In this document: positions 10,211-21,027 of the stretch, in pieces
How positions within the stretch are numbered: position 1 is the first letter of the stretch
Layout of the letters: every line of letters begins with the position of its first letter
Source of the DNA: Candidatus Poribacteria bacterium
GTDB lineage: Bacteria > Poribacteria > WGA-4E > PCPOR2b
Length of the DNA stretch: 64,000 nucleotides
Assembly (NCBI GenBank): GCA_965215015.1
Contig: OZ244042.1
Span: forward strand, 1,632,001-1,696,000
Direction of reading: 5' to 3'
Notes under the pieces: generated by a model
Databases searched by the model: none
Seen by the model: only the letters and a program-made list of their open reading frames with translations
Told to the model about the DNA's origin: nothing
Translations under genes and position numbers: made by a program

Positions 10211-10756
10211 ATGAAATGTACTGATGTCCGCGAGGAAATTGTCGCCTATATCGACGGTGAGCTTTCTTCGATGGGGGTGCGTGCAATCGAAGCGCATCTG
10301 GCGGGTTGTAAAGAATGCACCGCCGAACGCGACAAACTGAAAGCAACAATCAAATCAACGCATAAGGTGGAGACCCTCCAGCCTGCACAGAATTGGTGGG
10401 AAGCATTACAAAAACGTCTGTATGCACCTGATTCTGATCTCGTATCCGAGATCCATGCGTTACGGGAATCAATTGCGCGCCTAGAAAGCCGTGTGGATGG
10501 GAGGCCGGTTCGATTGGCACCGGTGAAAGAAATTATGACACTGGAAGAGGTCGCCGCTTACCTGCAAATCGAGCCAGACGTGATATGGAAACTGCTCAAC
10601 GAAATTCCCCACTTTGAGGTGGGTGCTGAACTACGGTTCAAAAAAAACAGTGTTGACGAGTGGATTCGTATAAAAGAAAGTGGGAATCGCAGAGATCTAT
10701 TCGATTGGGAATTTTCAACGGGTTGGCTGGATCGAGTCGATCGGTTAGAACATTAA
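10211..10756 (+). CDS. zf-HC2 (anti-sigma zinc finger) plus excisionase-like HTH_17 domain protein
   Basis: C..VREEIVAYIDGEL...HLAGCKEC; C-terminal EIMTLEEVAAYLQI...LRFKKNSVDEWI; AAAGGAGG RBS. Confidence 0.8.
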   Translation: MKCTDVREEIVAYIDGELSSMGVRAIEAHLAGCKECTAERDKLKATIKSTHKVETLQPAQNWWEALQKRLYAPDSDLVSEIHALRESIARLESRVDGRPVRLAPVKEIMTLEEVAAYLQIEPDVIWKLLNEIPHFEVGAELRFKKNSVDEWIRIKESGNRRDLFDWEFSTGWLDRVDRLEH

Positions 10757-10777
10757 AACAAACGTCGACCGAGAAAA

Positions 10778-11518
10778 ATGGGAACTGTAACCGTCGATAA
10801 CAATCGCATTTGCCGCTTAAAAGGCACACCGAGAAAAATTGGTTTTAATCATAGCCGTGCGTTGAAAGATGTTTTTGAAGAATACATCCACCGCTATGTC
10901 GAGGAGGGGATTACAAGCACTTAACCTCATTGATGTGGAAAAGTTACGGTGTCGCGCGCTGCCGTGGCTTCGTAAACTACCGTTACGATTTCAGGAGGAA
11001 ATAGAGGGAATGTCGGACGGATCTGGAATATCCCTAGAAAGGCTTGCACAATGATGGTTTTCGGAAAGTTGTTTTTTGAAAAATTGCAGCGCATTTGTAT
11101 GTGAAATTGATGGAAAGGCATGGGGCGGTCGGAACAACGATGCTTGGCTCCCAAATCTGTGAGGATATACCATCATTCGGGAGGTTGAAGGACGCCTTCC
11201 CACGATGACTTTTGGTCTGCTCACAGTTGTTCGACAAATGAACGTATCAAATTCAAAGTACCCTTGACATCGGAACACCGCTTTAACAGAGTAGAGGTGC
11301 TTCTTGAACGAGAACCTCCCTCACGCTTGCCTGATGATTTGATTCGGATTCTTGCTGACAAAGATGTTGAGCAACGGAGAGAAGCGGAGAATTTTTGGAC
11401 AGTTTGCGCCAATATCGCGTGCCCATGTTTAGGATTAACTTGGTTTGCCTACGGGGGGCCGCCCGCTGCGAGTCAAGGAACTTGGCATAAAATTGATTGG
11501 CTGTGGTATCAAAACTGA
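10778..11518 (+). pseudogene. C45 family (acyl-CoA:6-APA acyltransferase-like) peptidase pseudogene
   Basis: LKGTPRKIG, EEIEGMSDG and CSAF...GRNND motifs spread over frameshifts, two in-frame TGAs and an internal deletion. Confidence 0.75.
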
Positions 11519-11691
11519 AACTTGGCAGTTCGGGCTTGTGTACTACCACACAATCTAAAGAACCCCTACAACAACTGCCTCCGTACCTGAAACATAAAGC
11601 GTAAAGCGTGTTTTAGACGTTGAAGATTGGGTTGTAAATGGCTGCCAGAAAACGGAGTAGTTGATCGCGCTCATTAGAGAGGAAAAGTGAA

Positions 11692-12405
11692 GTGAAAGAG
11701 AGATTTTATCCTTACCCTGGTGCAACGAATTCCACAGCTTACGAACATCTCAACAACTGTACAGATCCGGATCAGTGGTTAGAAGCGTTCATGTGGGAAA
11801 AAGCCCCAATTGAAGGGAAGTGGGTGTTAGACGTCGGGGCCGGTTCCGGTTTTCACGCTGTACGTTACGCTCAGCAAGCAGGGCATGTTTTTGCTGTCGA
11901 ACCGGATGCCAGGATGCTCCAACAGATTTACGCGCGTTTGTGTGACAATCCTCCGAAAAATATCAGCGTCCTTGCAGCTTCAGCTGAATCAATACCACTA
12001 TTAGACTACAGCATAGATGTTGCGTACGCTCGATTTGCGTATTTCTTCGGTACTAAAGACTGCCTGCGCGGGCTGCGAGAAATCAAACGTATCTTGAGGC
12101 CGAACGGTCATTTCTTCATCATTGATACTAATCCTGATCAGGGGCAATTTGGTATGATTGCACGGCAGGTTTACCCCCACATTTTTCATGATAGATATCG
12201 AACAGAACACACGGCGTTCTATCAGCAACACGGATTTGTGCATTTCGATATTCAGACGGTTTTTCGAGCACCGAACCGCCAAGTCCTTGAAATATACCTG
12301 CGGATGGATTACCCACACAAATATGCTGAGCTCTTAGACCAAATTGGAGGCACAGAATTATCCTACAATATATCCGCATATCACTTTCAAAAGAGAGACG
12401 GATGA
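11692..12405 (+). CDS. Class I SAM-dependent methyltransferase
   Basis: VLDVGAGSG, AESIPL..SID, RILRPNG. Confidence 0.9.
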   Translation: MKERFYPYPGATNSTAYEHLNNCTDPDQWLEAFMWEKAPIEGKWVLDVGAGSGFHAVRYAQQAGHVFAVEPDARMLQQIYARLCDNPPKNISVLAASAESIPLLDYSIDVAYARFAYFFGTKDCLRGLREIKRILRPNGHFFIIDTNPDQGQFGMIARQVYPHIFHDRYRTEHTAFYQQHGFVHFDIQTVFRAPNRQVLEIYLRMDYPHKYAELLDQIGGTELSYNISAYHFQKRDG

Positions 12406-12605
12406 ATACGTCCATGCCAGAGCAACCCGAAAACTGAATGCGACAATCGAGATGTACTCAAAACTAAGAGACACATGTTAAGAAATCGTGCAACTGAAAC
12501 CGCAGGAAACACCAATCGTTATTCCCTACTGCCAAAAACTCGGTTTCTTTTAGCGTTTTGCACTTTCTTTTTATATAAACCAACTAAGAAAGGAGGACAC
12601 AGCAC

Positions 12606-14282
12606 ATGACCAGAATATATGAAACTGATAAACTCAATGCAGGGGAGCCCCAACTTATTCTTGAAAATGACCACATCTCAGTGCTATTACAGCCGGAAAT
12701 TGGAGGCAGAATCCTTGATGTTGAAACGAGGGACTTTCCTTTTCTACATAGAACCTATCCAAAACCGGTACAATTCGGCCGCTACACAGAGTATGGTGGG
12801 ATCGAGGAGTGCATCGGTAGTCCGCTGACAAACCGACTTTGGAAAACACCATGGAGAATAGAGAAAGGGACGGAGGATGTCACACTATCTGTCATTTCAC
12901 CGACACGATTCGGCAGAGTGTTGCTTTCCAAAACCCTGTCTCTTGAATCTAATACGCCAATCTTGAGGGTTGAGTACAGTTTTACCAATTTCGATCAGCA
13001 ATTCAACAAGTTTACGTTTGGTATTCATCCCGAACTTTGTCTGGGCAATGCCTTGAAACACAATACCTATTACCTACCCCTTGACAACCAAATCCTGTCA
13101 AGTGGGTTTACCGAACTCGGATTCAAGAAGTTTATCACCCCCAGTGCCGGTTGGGGAGCAGCCACCTACGATGGCATGGCATTCGGGATGCTTTTCCCTC
13201 CCGGTGTGATAGACAGTATTGAAATCTACTACCCGCGTATCGGTACACACTTTGTCATTCAACCGCTGATTTACGGTGTGGGGCTGTCGCCAAATCGACG
13301 GGCAAGTTTTGTAAGTATGTTTTACTTTGGTGAGGGCGATGTGGACACGATTCGGGAGCTGTACGCATCGAAGCTTGATGCCCTGATGATGAGTTACGGA
13401 CCCATTGATGCATTTCCAGAACGCATGATAAAAGACACGCAATGGGGGCCACAGGTAACGCTTCCGTTTGATAAATTTAGGGGGACTTCATCTCAGCCCG
13501 GAGCAATGTACCCCGAAGCTACCAATCCAAATGTTCAAGGCCCGTCGGTTGTAACCGAAGATTTTCAACCCGATAGCCAGACGGAGGGACCCGACACCCC
13601 GCAGATACTGCATGAACAGCGACGTTTTGATCGGCCACAGATTACTGACATCCGACTCTCTAATGTGAATGGGACAATTTTGGTAGAGGGGGGGGAGGCA
13701 GATGGCATTGCATTGGAGACTACCCTGCAAGCCCAAACGGGAACAGCGGAGGAGGCAAAACGACAGATTGAAGCTGCGCGCCCAGAAGTGATTCATCGCG
13801 GGGAACGCCTAATAATTCGCGCCAGAGGCGAAGCCCAACAAAAAACTATAGTTAACCAGTACCTACGTGTTCCGCAGCACCAGTTGCGTACGCTTGAACT
13901 GAACTTCGTGAACGGCGCGGCAACTGTAATTGATGCGAAACCGGCTCGACTCAAAATCAGCAGCATGGCGGGCGTCGTTACAGTCAAAGGAGAAATTGCC
14001 GAAAGCGCGGAGTACGATATCAACACCGTCAGCGGGGACATTCAGATGGAATTAGCCGACTCGGTCGCTTGCACAATTGATGCAAATAGCGTCACCGGGA
14101 CACTGATGTGTGATTCAGATTTAATTGACGCGGAGATTCGGACAAATTGGATGAGTGGGATACTTAATGCACCCAAGGCGGAGCTGCGGCTTAACAGCAT
14201 CAGCGGGAACATTATTCTTGACAATTCTACTCATGGGGCAGGCACGCCACAAGCGGGGGAAAATGCCGCAACGACACGGTAA
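12606..14282 (+). CDS. Galactose-mutarotase/DUF5107-like N-terminal domain plus DUF4097 beta-strand repeat domain
   Basis: LILENDHISVLLQPEIGGRI N-terminus; C-terminal NVNG/TVSGDI/SVTG/SISGNI repeats; AAAGGAGG RBS. Confidence 0.6.
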   Translation: MTRIYETDKLNAGEPQLILENDHISVLLQPEIGGRILDVETRDFPFLHRTYPKPVQFGRYTEYGGIEECIGSPLTNRLWKTPWRIEKGTEDVTLSVISPTRFGRVLLSKTLSLESNTPILRVEYSFTNFDQQFNKFTFGIHPELCLGNALKHNTYYLPLDNQILSSGFTELGFKKFITPSAGWGAATYDGMAFGMLFPPGVIDSIEIYYPRIGTHFVIQPLIYGVGLSPNRRASFVSMFYFGEGDVDTIRELYASKLDALMMSYGPIDAFPERMIKDTQWGPQVTLPFDKFRGTSSQPGAMYPEATNPNVQGPSVVTEDFQPDSQTEGPDTPQILHEQRRFDRPQITDIRLSNVNGTILVEGGEADGIALETTLQAQTGTAEEAKRQIEAARPEVIHRGERLIIRARGEAQQKTIVNQYLRVPQHQLRTLELNFVNGAATVIDAKPARLKISSMAGVVTVKGEIAESAEYDINTVSGDIQMELADSVACTIDANSVTGTLMCDSDLIDAEIRTNWMSGILNAPKAELRLNSISGNIILDNSTHGAGTPQAGENAATTR

Positions 14283-14481
14283 AACAAAGGTAGGGCTCGA
14301 CTGTTTCTATGTTTTTTACTTGACATTACCCGCTTATCGAACGCATTTTATGCCGAGTTTCATAGCTGTGATGCAGAGTTGATGTGGGTAAAAGTTTTGG
14401 ATAATTCAAAAGGCTAGTGATTAGGTCTGATAAGGGCACTTACTATACATTGTCCTAATGTCAGAAATAGGAGGCGTAAAA

Positions 14482-14643
14482 ATGGCAGATATAATCATTG
14501 AAGGCGGGTGTTTTTGTGGTCATGTGCGGTATCGGGCGTGGTTATGCTACCTGTCGCGGAAATGCCCGCACTCTCACGTTTCATGTGTTCCTTATCGCTC
14601 AATAATAGGTAAAACCACATGCGACGGGTATTCAGACTCATGA
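14482..14643 (+). pseudogene. Truncated GFA (glutathione-dependent formaldehyde-activating) family gene
   Basis: AGGAGG RBS, MADIIIEGGCFCGHVRY, then similarity is lost and the frame runs into the convergent CocE gene. Confidence 0.65.
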
Positions 14644-16412
14644 TAAATCGTCTGCTCTGCAATCTCAAACCGCCGCTCGACCCCCAAATCACCACCCGTG
14701 TTCGGGTTCACATCGAAGCGGGGCCAATTGCTGCTGGAAATGTCTAAGCGAATCCGGTGCCCCTTCTTGAAGATGTTGGAAGTCGGATAAAGTTCAAAGA
14801 CGAATTCGTAGACCTCCCCCGGCTCCAGTAACTCTGGAGCCTCCCAACCGTTGCGATAACGCGCGCGGATGATGGAATCTGTCAGGTTGATGGCAAGTCC
14901 ATCGGGATAGTCATCGCTCAATGGACAGACGTCGATTAGTTTAGCTGTGAAGTCGGTATCGCGGGCAGATGATGAGGCGTGGAGTTTGACTGTAATTGGT
15001 CCTGTGACTTCCACATCATTCTCTAACGGAGGGGTCTGGAAGGTCAGCACATCGCTGCGAGCATTGAGGGGAAGGGTGTCTGCACAGCCAAAGAATCTGG
15101 AGCTCCCACGCTGATCAAACGCGCCAGCACCCATGATTGGGTCAGCAGCGGAAATCCCACCGCCGATGGTTGGGACGGGATCACGTGGATCAAAGCTAAA
15201 GCGACTTGTTGAGTCATCAACCGTTGGTAGAGTAATAGACAGCTCGCCCTCAGCGTGAAGATAGTAAGGCGTGAACTGGGTATCGGGCAGGGGAAAGTCC
15301 TGCTCGTCGCGCCAATAGCCGCTGTGATGGAGACGTCCCTGATAGTTAGGCGTCCCCTCGCCGCTGCCCATCACGAAAATCTTGACCGGCGACCAATCGG
15401 AAACCTCTGTGTGCATCCCTTTGAGGAAGTGGTCGAACCACGCCAACCGAAAATCGTTGTAGTTAATAAAGGAGTGATTCCCGAAATCAACGTCACCTGC
15501 ATTCGATACACCCCAGCCACCGTGCGTCCACGGTCCCATCAACAGCACCTGCCGCGACTTTTTCATTTTGCTGAGTGCGATATAATTCTCGCAGGTTGCC
15601 CGTGCATACGAGTCATACCACCCACCAAGGTAGAGTGTCGGTACATCCGCGTGCTCTTCGTAATACTGCGAAATAGCATACCCGCGTTGCTGCCAGTAAT
15701 CATCATATTCTCCGTGCGTGAATAGATCGAGCACCCACTGTTCGTAATTCGGCAACATCCGCAACGGCGATGTGCCTTTCTTGAGCGGTGCACGAGACAC
15801 CCACTCGCCCACATTTGCAAACGCCCTGTCAACCGCGGCCTTGATGTTAGCATCGGCGAACGCTTCCTGGCTGGTGGTCGCCATTCGGAAGGCATAAATC
15901 ATGAACCGTTGTTCGAGCGCACCGTTTTGGCGCATTGAGCAATGATAGTAATTCGACGCGCCAACGGCGACAATCATCGTCGAAAGGTGCGGCGGGTTGA
16001 GCGTTGCTAGCGCGGACTGGTCGCTGCCACAATACGACGCGCCCATTGTGCCGACCTGTCCATCACTCCACTCTTGAGAGGCGAGCCATTCCACCGTATC
16101 ATAGCCATCGGGAGCTTCTTTAGCGAAGGGATACCACTCGCCACCGCTGGCGAATCTGCCTCGCACATCCTGAATCGCACAGACGTAGCCTCGCCGGGCA
16201 TAGTAGGTTCCGTTCGTCACATTCCCCGCCCCTGCTTTGTCATAGGGGGTACGTTCCAAGATGACCGGAAATTTTCCTGACGCTAACTGAGCACCCAGCG
16301 CAGGAAAGTAGATGTCGGTTGCTAGACACACGCCATCACGCATCGGAACCATCACGTTGAATTGGCAAATCGCATCGTACTGCTGATGTGAACCTTGATA
16401 TGATTCTGGCAT
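14592..16412 (-). CDS. CocE/NonD family hydrolase
   Basis: VPMRDGVCLATDIY, ERTPY, QDVRGRFASGG, GASYCG nucleophile elbow, GWYD, GPWTH, SSSNWPRFDVN. Confidence 0.95.
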   Translation of the reverse strand: MPESYQGSHQQYDAICQFNVMVPMRDGVCLATDIYFPALGAQLASGKFPVILERTPYDKAGAGNVTNGTYYARRGYVCAIQDVRGRFASGGEWYPFAKEAPDGYDTVEWLASQEWSDGQVGTMGASYCGSDQSALATLNPPHLSTMIVAVGASNYYHCSMRQNGALEQRFMIYAFRMATTSQEAFADANIKAAVDRAFANVGEWVSRAPLKKGTSPLRMLPNYEQWVLDLFTHGEYDDYWQQRGYAISQYYEEHADVPTLYLGGWYDSYARATCENYIALSKMKKSRQVLLMGPWTHGGWGVSNAGDVDFGNHSFINYNDFRLAWFDHFLKGMHTEVSDWSPVKIFVMGSGEGTPNYQGRLHHSGYWRDEQDFPLPDTQFTPYYLHAEGELSITLPTVDDSTSRFSFDPRDPVPTIGGGISAADPIMGAGAFDQRGSSRFFGCADTLPLNARSDVLTFQTPPLENDVEVTGPITVKLHASSSARDTDFTAKLIDVCPLSDDYPDGLAINLTDSIIRARYRNGWEAPELLEPGEVYEFVFELYPTSNIFKKGHRIRLDISSSNWPRFDVNPNTGGDLGVERRFEIAEQTIYHESEYPSHVVLPIIER

Positions 16413-16670
16413 AAGTTTTCTCCTCAGAAAAAGCATGTTGAGAGGTCTTGTTAAACTCTGATTCTAAGGGAAGCGTTTAATCTATCATATTAACAGACAA
16501 AGGGGGGGGCTGCAACAAAAATTCGATATTTCTTTGTTGACATCAGTCTACAAGTAGGATAACCTAAATGTTGTGCCCCCAATTTTTTCACATGAAAGTT
16601 CTTAATCGGAATAAAAAAGTTGGCTCACCATTTTTTATTTTAGAGCTCGACGACATTTGGAGGAATCACG

Positions 16671-17510
16671 ATGGACACACCACGTATTGATGACCGTGAC
16701 TGGTCAGCCTTGACGCTTGGCGAGCGAATTCGCCAGATCGAAGTTGAAGGCTATCTCTTACTACCAGACCTACTGTCTTCTGACCACGTCGCTCGACTCA
16801 AGTCGGAGACCGCAAAGTTGGAAACCACACCGGTGGATTACAGCGTACATCAACGGGGATGTCCGAACCTCCAATTCAGAGGGGGGGCTATCACGGAACT
16901 GCTTGCCCATCCTCCGACGCTTTCCTTTTTGCGAGAACTTTTTGGCGACGAAATTATCATGATGAGCTACGGCTACGCCCGTTCTGAACCGGGGCATCCG
17001 GGGATTAGCCTACACACGGACGGACAACCCTACGGTTCTCAAATTTTCGGTTACGATGGCAGCGTTCCCTTTATGGTCCGGGTGCTGTATTACCTTGACG
17101 ACCTCACTCCGGAGGTTTCGCCGTTCCGCGTCATCCCCCGATCTCACCTCTCGATGCACGCCGATGCGAATCCCTACAAACGTTTCGAGTCGCACCCCGA
17201 AGAGGTGATGGTCCCTGCGAAAGCGGGCTCAGCGGTACTGATTAACCACAAAGTTTTTCATGGGAACTATCCTAATGTTGGCGCCTATCCGCGTGAAATG
17301 CTTGCCATCGCTTATCGGCCGGGCTGGGCGGGCCCCCAGAACAAAGTATCAACTTGGGAGGAGGCGGATTTAGCGAAGCTGCCAGATTCCGTCAGGCCAT
17401 TACTCGGCGATCGCAACACCCGCTACTGGGATTATCACGGCGGCAACAAACCGCTAAACATGAAAAAAGAAGCACCGGGAATGAACCCAAGTCGGTGGGA
17501 GCGGGTGTAA
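16671..17510 (+). CDS. Phytanoyl-CoA dioxygenase (PhyH) family protein
   Basis: LHTDG (HxD), IPRSH, VFHG. Confidence 0.85.
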   Translation: MDTPRIDDRDWSALTLGERIRQIEVEGYLLLPDLLSSDHVARLKSETAKLETTPVDYSVHQRGCPNLQFRGGAITELLAHPPTLSFLRELFGDEIIMMSYGYARSEPGHPGISLHTDGQPYGSQIFGYDGSVPFMVRVLYYLDDLTPEVSPFRVIPRSHLSMHADANPYKRFESHPEEVMVPAKAGSAVLINHKVFHGNYPNVGAYPREMLAIAYRPGWAGPQNKVSTWEEADLAKLPDSVRPLLGDRNTRYWDYHGGNKPLNMKKEAPGMNPSRWERV

Positions 17511-17552
17511 GGAAGTGTAGGACAGATTAAAACAGAAAGAGGGTATAAATTC

Positions 17553-18539
17553 ATGGCAAACATCCACATTCCAAAAACTTGGAAGATCCCAGAGAGGGAG
17601 GTTACGTCGGAAGCAGCTTTTATGAATCGGAGGCGGTTCTTGACGACACTGGCCGGTGCAGGTTTGAGCATCGCCGGCGGATCCATTCTCGGTTGCGCGA
17701 GTGAATCAGAGTCAAAGACGCCTCCCCAAATAGACCCGAACCTGATGAAATTTGAATCGGTCAAACGGAATCCAGCCTTTGCGAAGGTTGACCGCCCCAT
17801 CACCGACGAAGCTCTTGCCGCCAAGTACAACAATTTCTATGAATTCGGCGGTTCAAAATCAATCTGGGAAGCGGCGCAGGCGTTGCCGACCGAAAACTGG
17901 AAAGTCGAGGTTACCGGCTTAGTCAGGAATCCCCGCACCTATGACTTGGACGACTTCAAGAAGAAATTCCCCCTTGAAGAGCGAGTTTATCGCTTCCGTT
18001 GTGTTGAGGCGTGGGCGATGGTTGTGCCCTGGCTCGGCTTCCCGATGAAGCGGATTATCGATGATGTTGAGCCGACATCGGAAGGGAGATTTGTTCGCTT
18101 CATCTCGTATTACAATCAGAAGATCACCAAAGGACCAGGGCTTAATTTGTCTCGACATCCTTGGCCCTATACGGAAGGGCTCCGCACCGACGAAATGGCA
18201 AATGATCTAGCGTTTTTTGCCATTGGTATCTATGGGCACGAACTCCCAAAACAACACGGTGCTCCCATCCGCGAAGTGGTACCGTGGAAATACGGCTTCA
18301 AGGGTGCCAAATCCATCGTAAAAATTGAGTTTCTTAACTATCAACCGAAGACGTTCTGGAATACCCTTCAACCGCACGAATACGGTTTTGAGGCAAATGT
18401 GGAACCCGATGTGCCGCACCCACGGTGGTCGCAAGCCTCCGAACGGATGATTGGTTCCGGGCCAACCTTCATGTGGAAAAGACGTCCGACGCTGCTCTAC
18501 AACGGTTATGCCGAATATGTTGCACACCTTTACGGTTGA
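17553..18539 (+). CDS. msrP: Protein-methionine-sulfoxide reductase catalytic subunit MsrP
   Basis: Tat motif NRRRFL, YNNFYEFG, YRFRCVEAW, PWKYGFKGAKSIVKI, HPRWSQASER. Confidence 0.95.
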   Translation: MANIHIPKTWKIPEREVTSEAAFMNRRRFLTTLAGAGLSIAGGSILGCASESESKTPPQIDPNLMKFESVKRNPAFAKVDRPITDEALAAKYNNFYEFGGSKSIWEAAQALPTENWKVEVTGLVRNPRTYDLDDFKKKFPLEERVYRFRCVEAWAMVVPWLGFPMKRIIDDVEPTSEGRFVRFISYYNQKITKGPGLNLSRHPWPYTEGLRTDEMANDLAFFAIGIYGHELPKQHGAPIREVVPWKYGFKGAKSIVKIEFLNYQPKTFWNTLQPHEYGFEANVEPDVPHPRWSQASERMIGSGPTFMWKRRPTLLYNGYAEYVAHLYG

Positions 18540-18593
18540 TGCACTGCTAATTGCAGGCAATCAATAGATTAGATTTTAGTGCTCTGCTCATTT

Positions 18594-19838
18594 TCAGACT
18601 AATTCTGCAACATGGGTCGCAACTTTTCGGAAGGCTTCAATGTACTGGTCTAACAGTGCCTTGTTCGGTCTGGAGAAAACCGGAATGGTGAATAGGTCTT
18701 CGCGTGGGTTCTCGGAGATGGGTAGGTCTCCTTTCTGATATGTTACTTCTCGTTTATTTTCAGGGCGAGTGAAAGCCGGGTGGTTGCGCTCTTGGAATAC
18801 TGCTGACAGGTGGTCCCTGCCGCCCGGTGCACCACTACTTACGTTTGCGCCTTCTGCCCGTAGGGCTTCAATGAATTTCTCTTTCGACAATCCGCTGAGT
18901 TCTTCAGGGGCATAGCGGACATAGGGGCGACTGTAATACCCACGGAAATTATCAGTCGAAGGCTTGATTGGATAAATTCCCGGACACTCTGCAATACCGT
19001 CCATCAGATACATCACGTTGTGGTCACGGCATTTGTTACGCGCATCAAGATGTCGGAGTTGAACGCGAGCAATAGCGGCGGAGATTGGGGCGATGCGGTA
19101 TTTGTATCCAAAGCAGGTGCTGGCATACTTACGATATCTCTCTTCGGGAAGATCGCGAATCCGTTCATAGTGGCCGAGGCAGATTGCCCGCTCGTAATAC
19201 GCCAGATTGTCCGTAATCATCACGCCCCCTTCGCCGCTTGGTAAGAGCTTGCCCCCCTGCATACTGAAACACCCCACATCGCCGATTGTCCCGACCTTTT
19301 TACTTTTGTAAGTTGCACCGTGAGCGTGCGAGCAGTCTTCAATCACAAAGATATTATGATTCTTGGCTATTTCCATAATGGCGTCCATCTCCGCTGGCAT
19401 CCCACCGAGATGGACGACAATAATCGCTTTTGTGCAGGGGGAGATCTGCCGCTCGATAGCTTCTGGATCAGCACAGCCGGTGAACGGATCAATATCGCAG
19501 AAGACCGGAATCGCTTGGCAGGAGAGGATGGGCATATACGTGCCCCAAAACGTTGCGGCAGGGGTGATGACTTCATCACCGGGCCCAACCCCAATTCCGA
19601 ACAACGCCCCATGAATCGAAGCGGTCCCGTTGTTATGCGCCAAGGCATACTTGACACCGTGATAAGCGGCAAATTCCTCCTCAAATTTGTAGATAGTATC
19701 TGAAACCGAAATCTCCCCGCTTTGCAATTGGCTGACAACCGCTTCGGTGACCTCGTCATCAATAATAGGCCACTGCGACGCTTCACTTTGGTCCAAGGTA
19801 ATGGCCTTGTCGCCGCCTTGAATCGCTAATTTGTTCAT
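18594..19838 (-). CDS. DegT/DnrJ/EryC1/StrS PLP-dependent aminotransferase
   Basis: NNGTASI, IEDCSHAHGA, FSMQGGKLLPSGEGG; GAGGAGGAG RBS before ATG 19838. Confidence 0.93.
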   Translation of the reverse strand: MNKLAIQGGDKAITLDQSEASQWPIIDDEVTEAVVSQLQSGEISVSDTIYKFEEEFAAYHGVKYALAHNNGTASIHGALFGIGVGPGDEVITPAATFWGTYMPILSCQAIPVFCDIDPFTGCADPEAIERQISPCTKAIIVVHLGGMPAEMDAIMEIAKNHNIFVIEDCSHAHGATYKSKKVGTIGDVGCFSMQGGKLLPSGEGGVMITDNLAYYERAICLGHYERIRDLPEERYRKYASTCFGYKYRIAPISAAIARVQLRHLDARNKCRDHNVMYLMDGIAECPGIYPIKPSTDNFRGYYSRPYVRYAPEELSGLSKEKFIEALRAEGANVSSGAPGGRDHLSAVFQERNHPAFTRPENKREVTYQKGDLPISENPREDLFTIPVFSRPNKALLDQYIEAFRKVATHVAELV

Positions 19839-19899
19839 GGACTCCTCCTCGCTGGGGCCTTTCGTCATGAGAGCCAGAAATTTACGCCGATGGAGATAT

Positions 19900-20373
19900 T
19901 TGTGTGAAATGTTTGGGGTTCAGTTTAGTACTAAATCTCTCGGTCCAGGGGATGGCAAACTGTTCCGTTCCGTTGATGAAGGCGATACATGGACAGATAT
20001 AAGCCGACGCCTGCCAAATTGGGAGTTGCAAGTGACGCGGAATTGCCAAGAAGAGGGCTACGATTTGGTCTTCAACGGCGGGACGATTTATGCCGGAACG
20101 CGAGATGATGTTTTTCACTCGACAGATGGCGGTGAGATATGGACGTCAATTGTTGCCGGATTACCTGACGGCTACATTGAGGTGCAGCTTGTCGCTGGTG
20201 CAACGCTCTATGGGACAAACTCTCATGGAATCTTCCGCTTGACGCACGGATCAGATTCATGGGAGAAAATCGCTTCAATGCAACTGAGGTATTCCGACTT
20301 TCGCTGGATGAGTAAACCGTGTGCTACATCTTTACCCATTCCCAATCGACAATCTCTATCGTTACAGCGTTGA
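19900..20373 (+). pseudogene. Fragment of a BNR/Asp-box (YCF48-like) beta-propeller protein
   Basis: LFRSVDEGDTW and FHSTDGGEIW Asp-boxes; no plausible start or RBS, only about two blades present. Confidence 0.6.
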
Positions 20374-20418
20374 TGATAAACCGTTGGCGTAAGACCAGTT
20401 CCCATCTGATAGTGCACA

Positions 20419-21027
20419 CTAATCCGATAGCTTCGCTTTGGGTTGAGAGGGTTCCGTGATCAATTTCTCAATCACCGTTTTCAATTCTTGATAAGCCCGT
20501 TGGGCTTCTGTTCGTGTTTCGTTTTCCCCTTTGTAATACTCACCGCCCGGATGGATATAGCGAATCTTTCCCCGCTTATCTATGAGAAAGCTGACCGAAG
20601 TCCATCGGTGTCTGCCCTTAGCCAGCCAATAACGTCTCAAGGTTCTCCAATCCATATCCAACGCAATCGGAAATTCAAAGCCGAGCCGCTTCACTGTCTT
20701 CTCAAGTGCCTTTTGACGACGCGGTCCGGGCGGCTTCGGATGATACATCCCAATCACAATCAAACCCTTATCCTTGAAGATGTCGTGAAATTCGTTCAGC
20801 GCGGGCGCACTACGGGCACAAAATGGGCATGTCTCCGTCCACCAACGAATGAGAACCACCTTGTCCTCCAACTCGTTCAGCTGGAGCGGCTGCGAATTCA
20901 ACCACTTCAGTGTGCCCCATTCTGGAGCCGGTTTCCCGACTAATTCGTCGCCTTCCTTCGCGATAAGTCCTTGATTGATAATCAGCAGCATCAACAGGAA
21001 GATGCTGCCTATCCGTAGATTGTGCAT
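20419..21027 (-). CDS. Secreted TlpA/redoxin-type thioredoxin-fold protein
   Basis: Signal peptide, GKPAPE, WWTETCPFC, FLIDKRGKIRY. Confidence 0.9.
   Translation of the reverse strand: MHNLRIGSIFLLMLLIINQGLIAKEGDELVGKPAPEWGTLKWLNSQPLQLNELEDKVVLIRWWTETCPFCARSAPALNEFHDIFKDKGLIVIGMYHPKPPGPRRQKALEKTVKRLGFEFPIALDMDWRTLRRYWLAKGRHRWTSVSFLIDKRGKIRYIHPGGEYYKGENETRTEAQRAYQELKTVIEKLITEPSQPKAKLSD

Noticed and set aside
11052-11162. Two TGAs at apparent Trp positions in the C45 gene as recoding
   Set aside because: The same gene has frameshifts and a deletion; TGG-to-TGA decay explains them.
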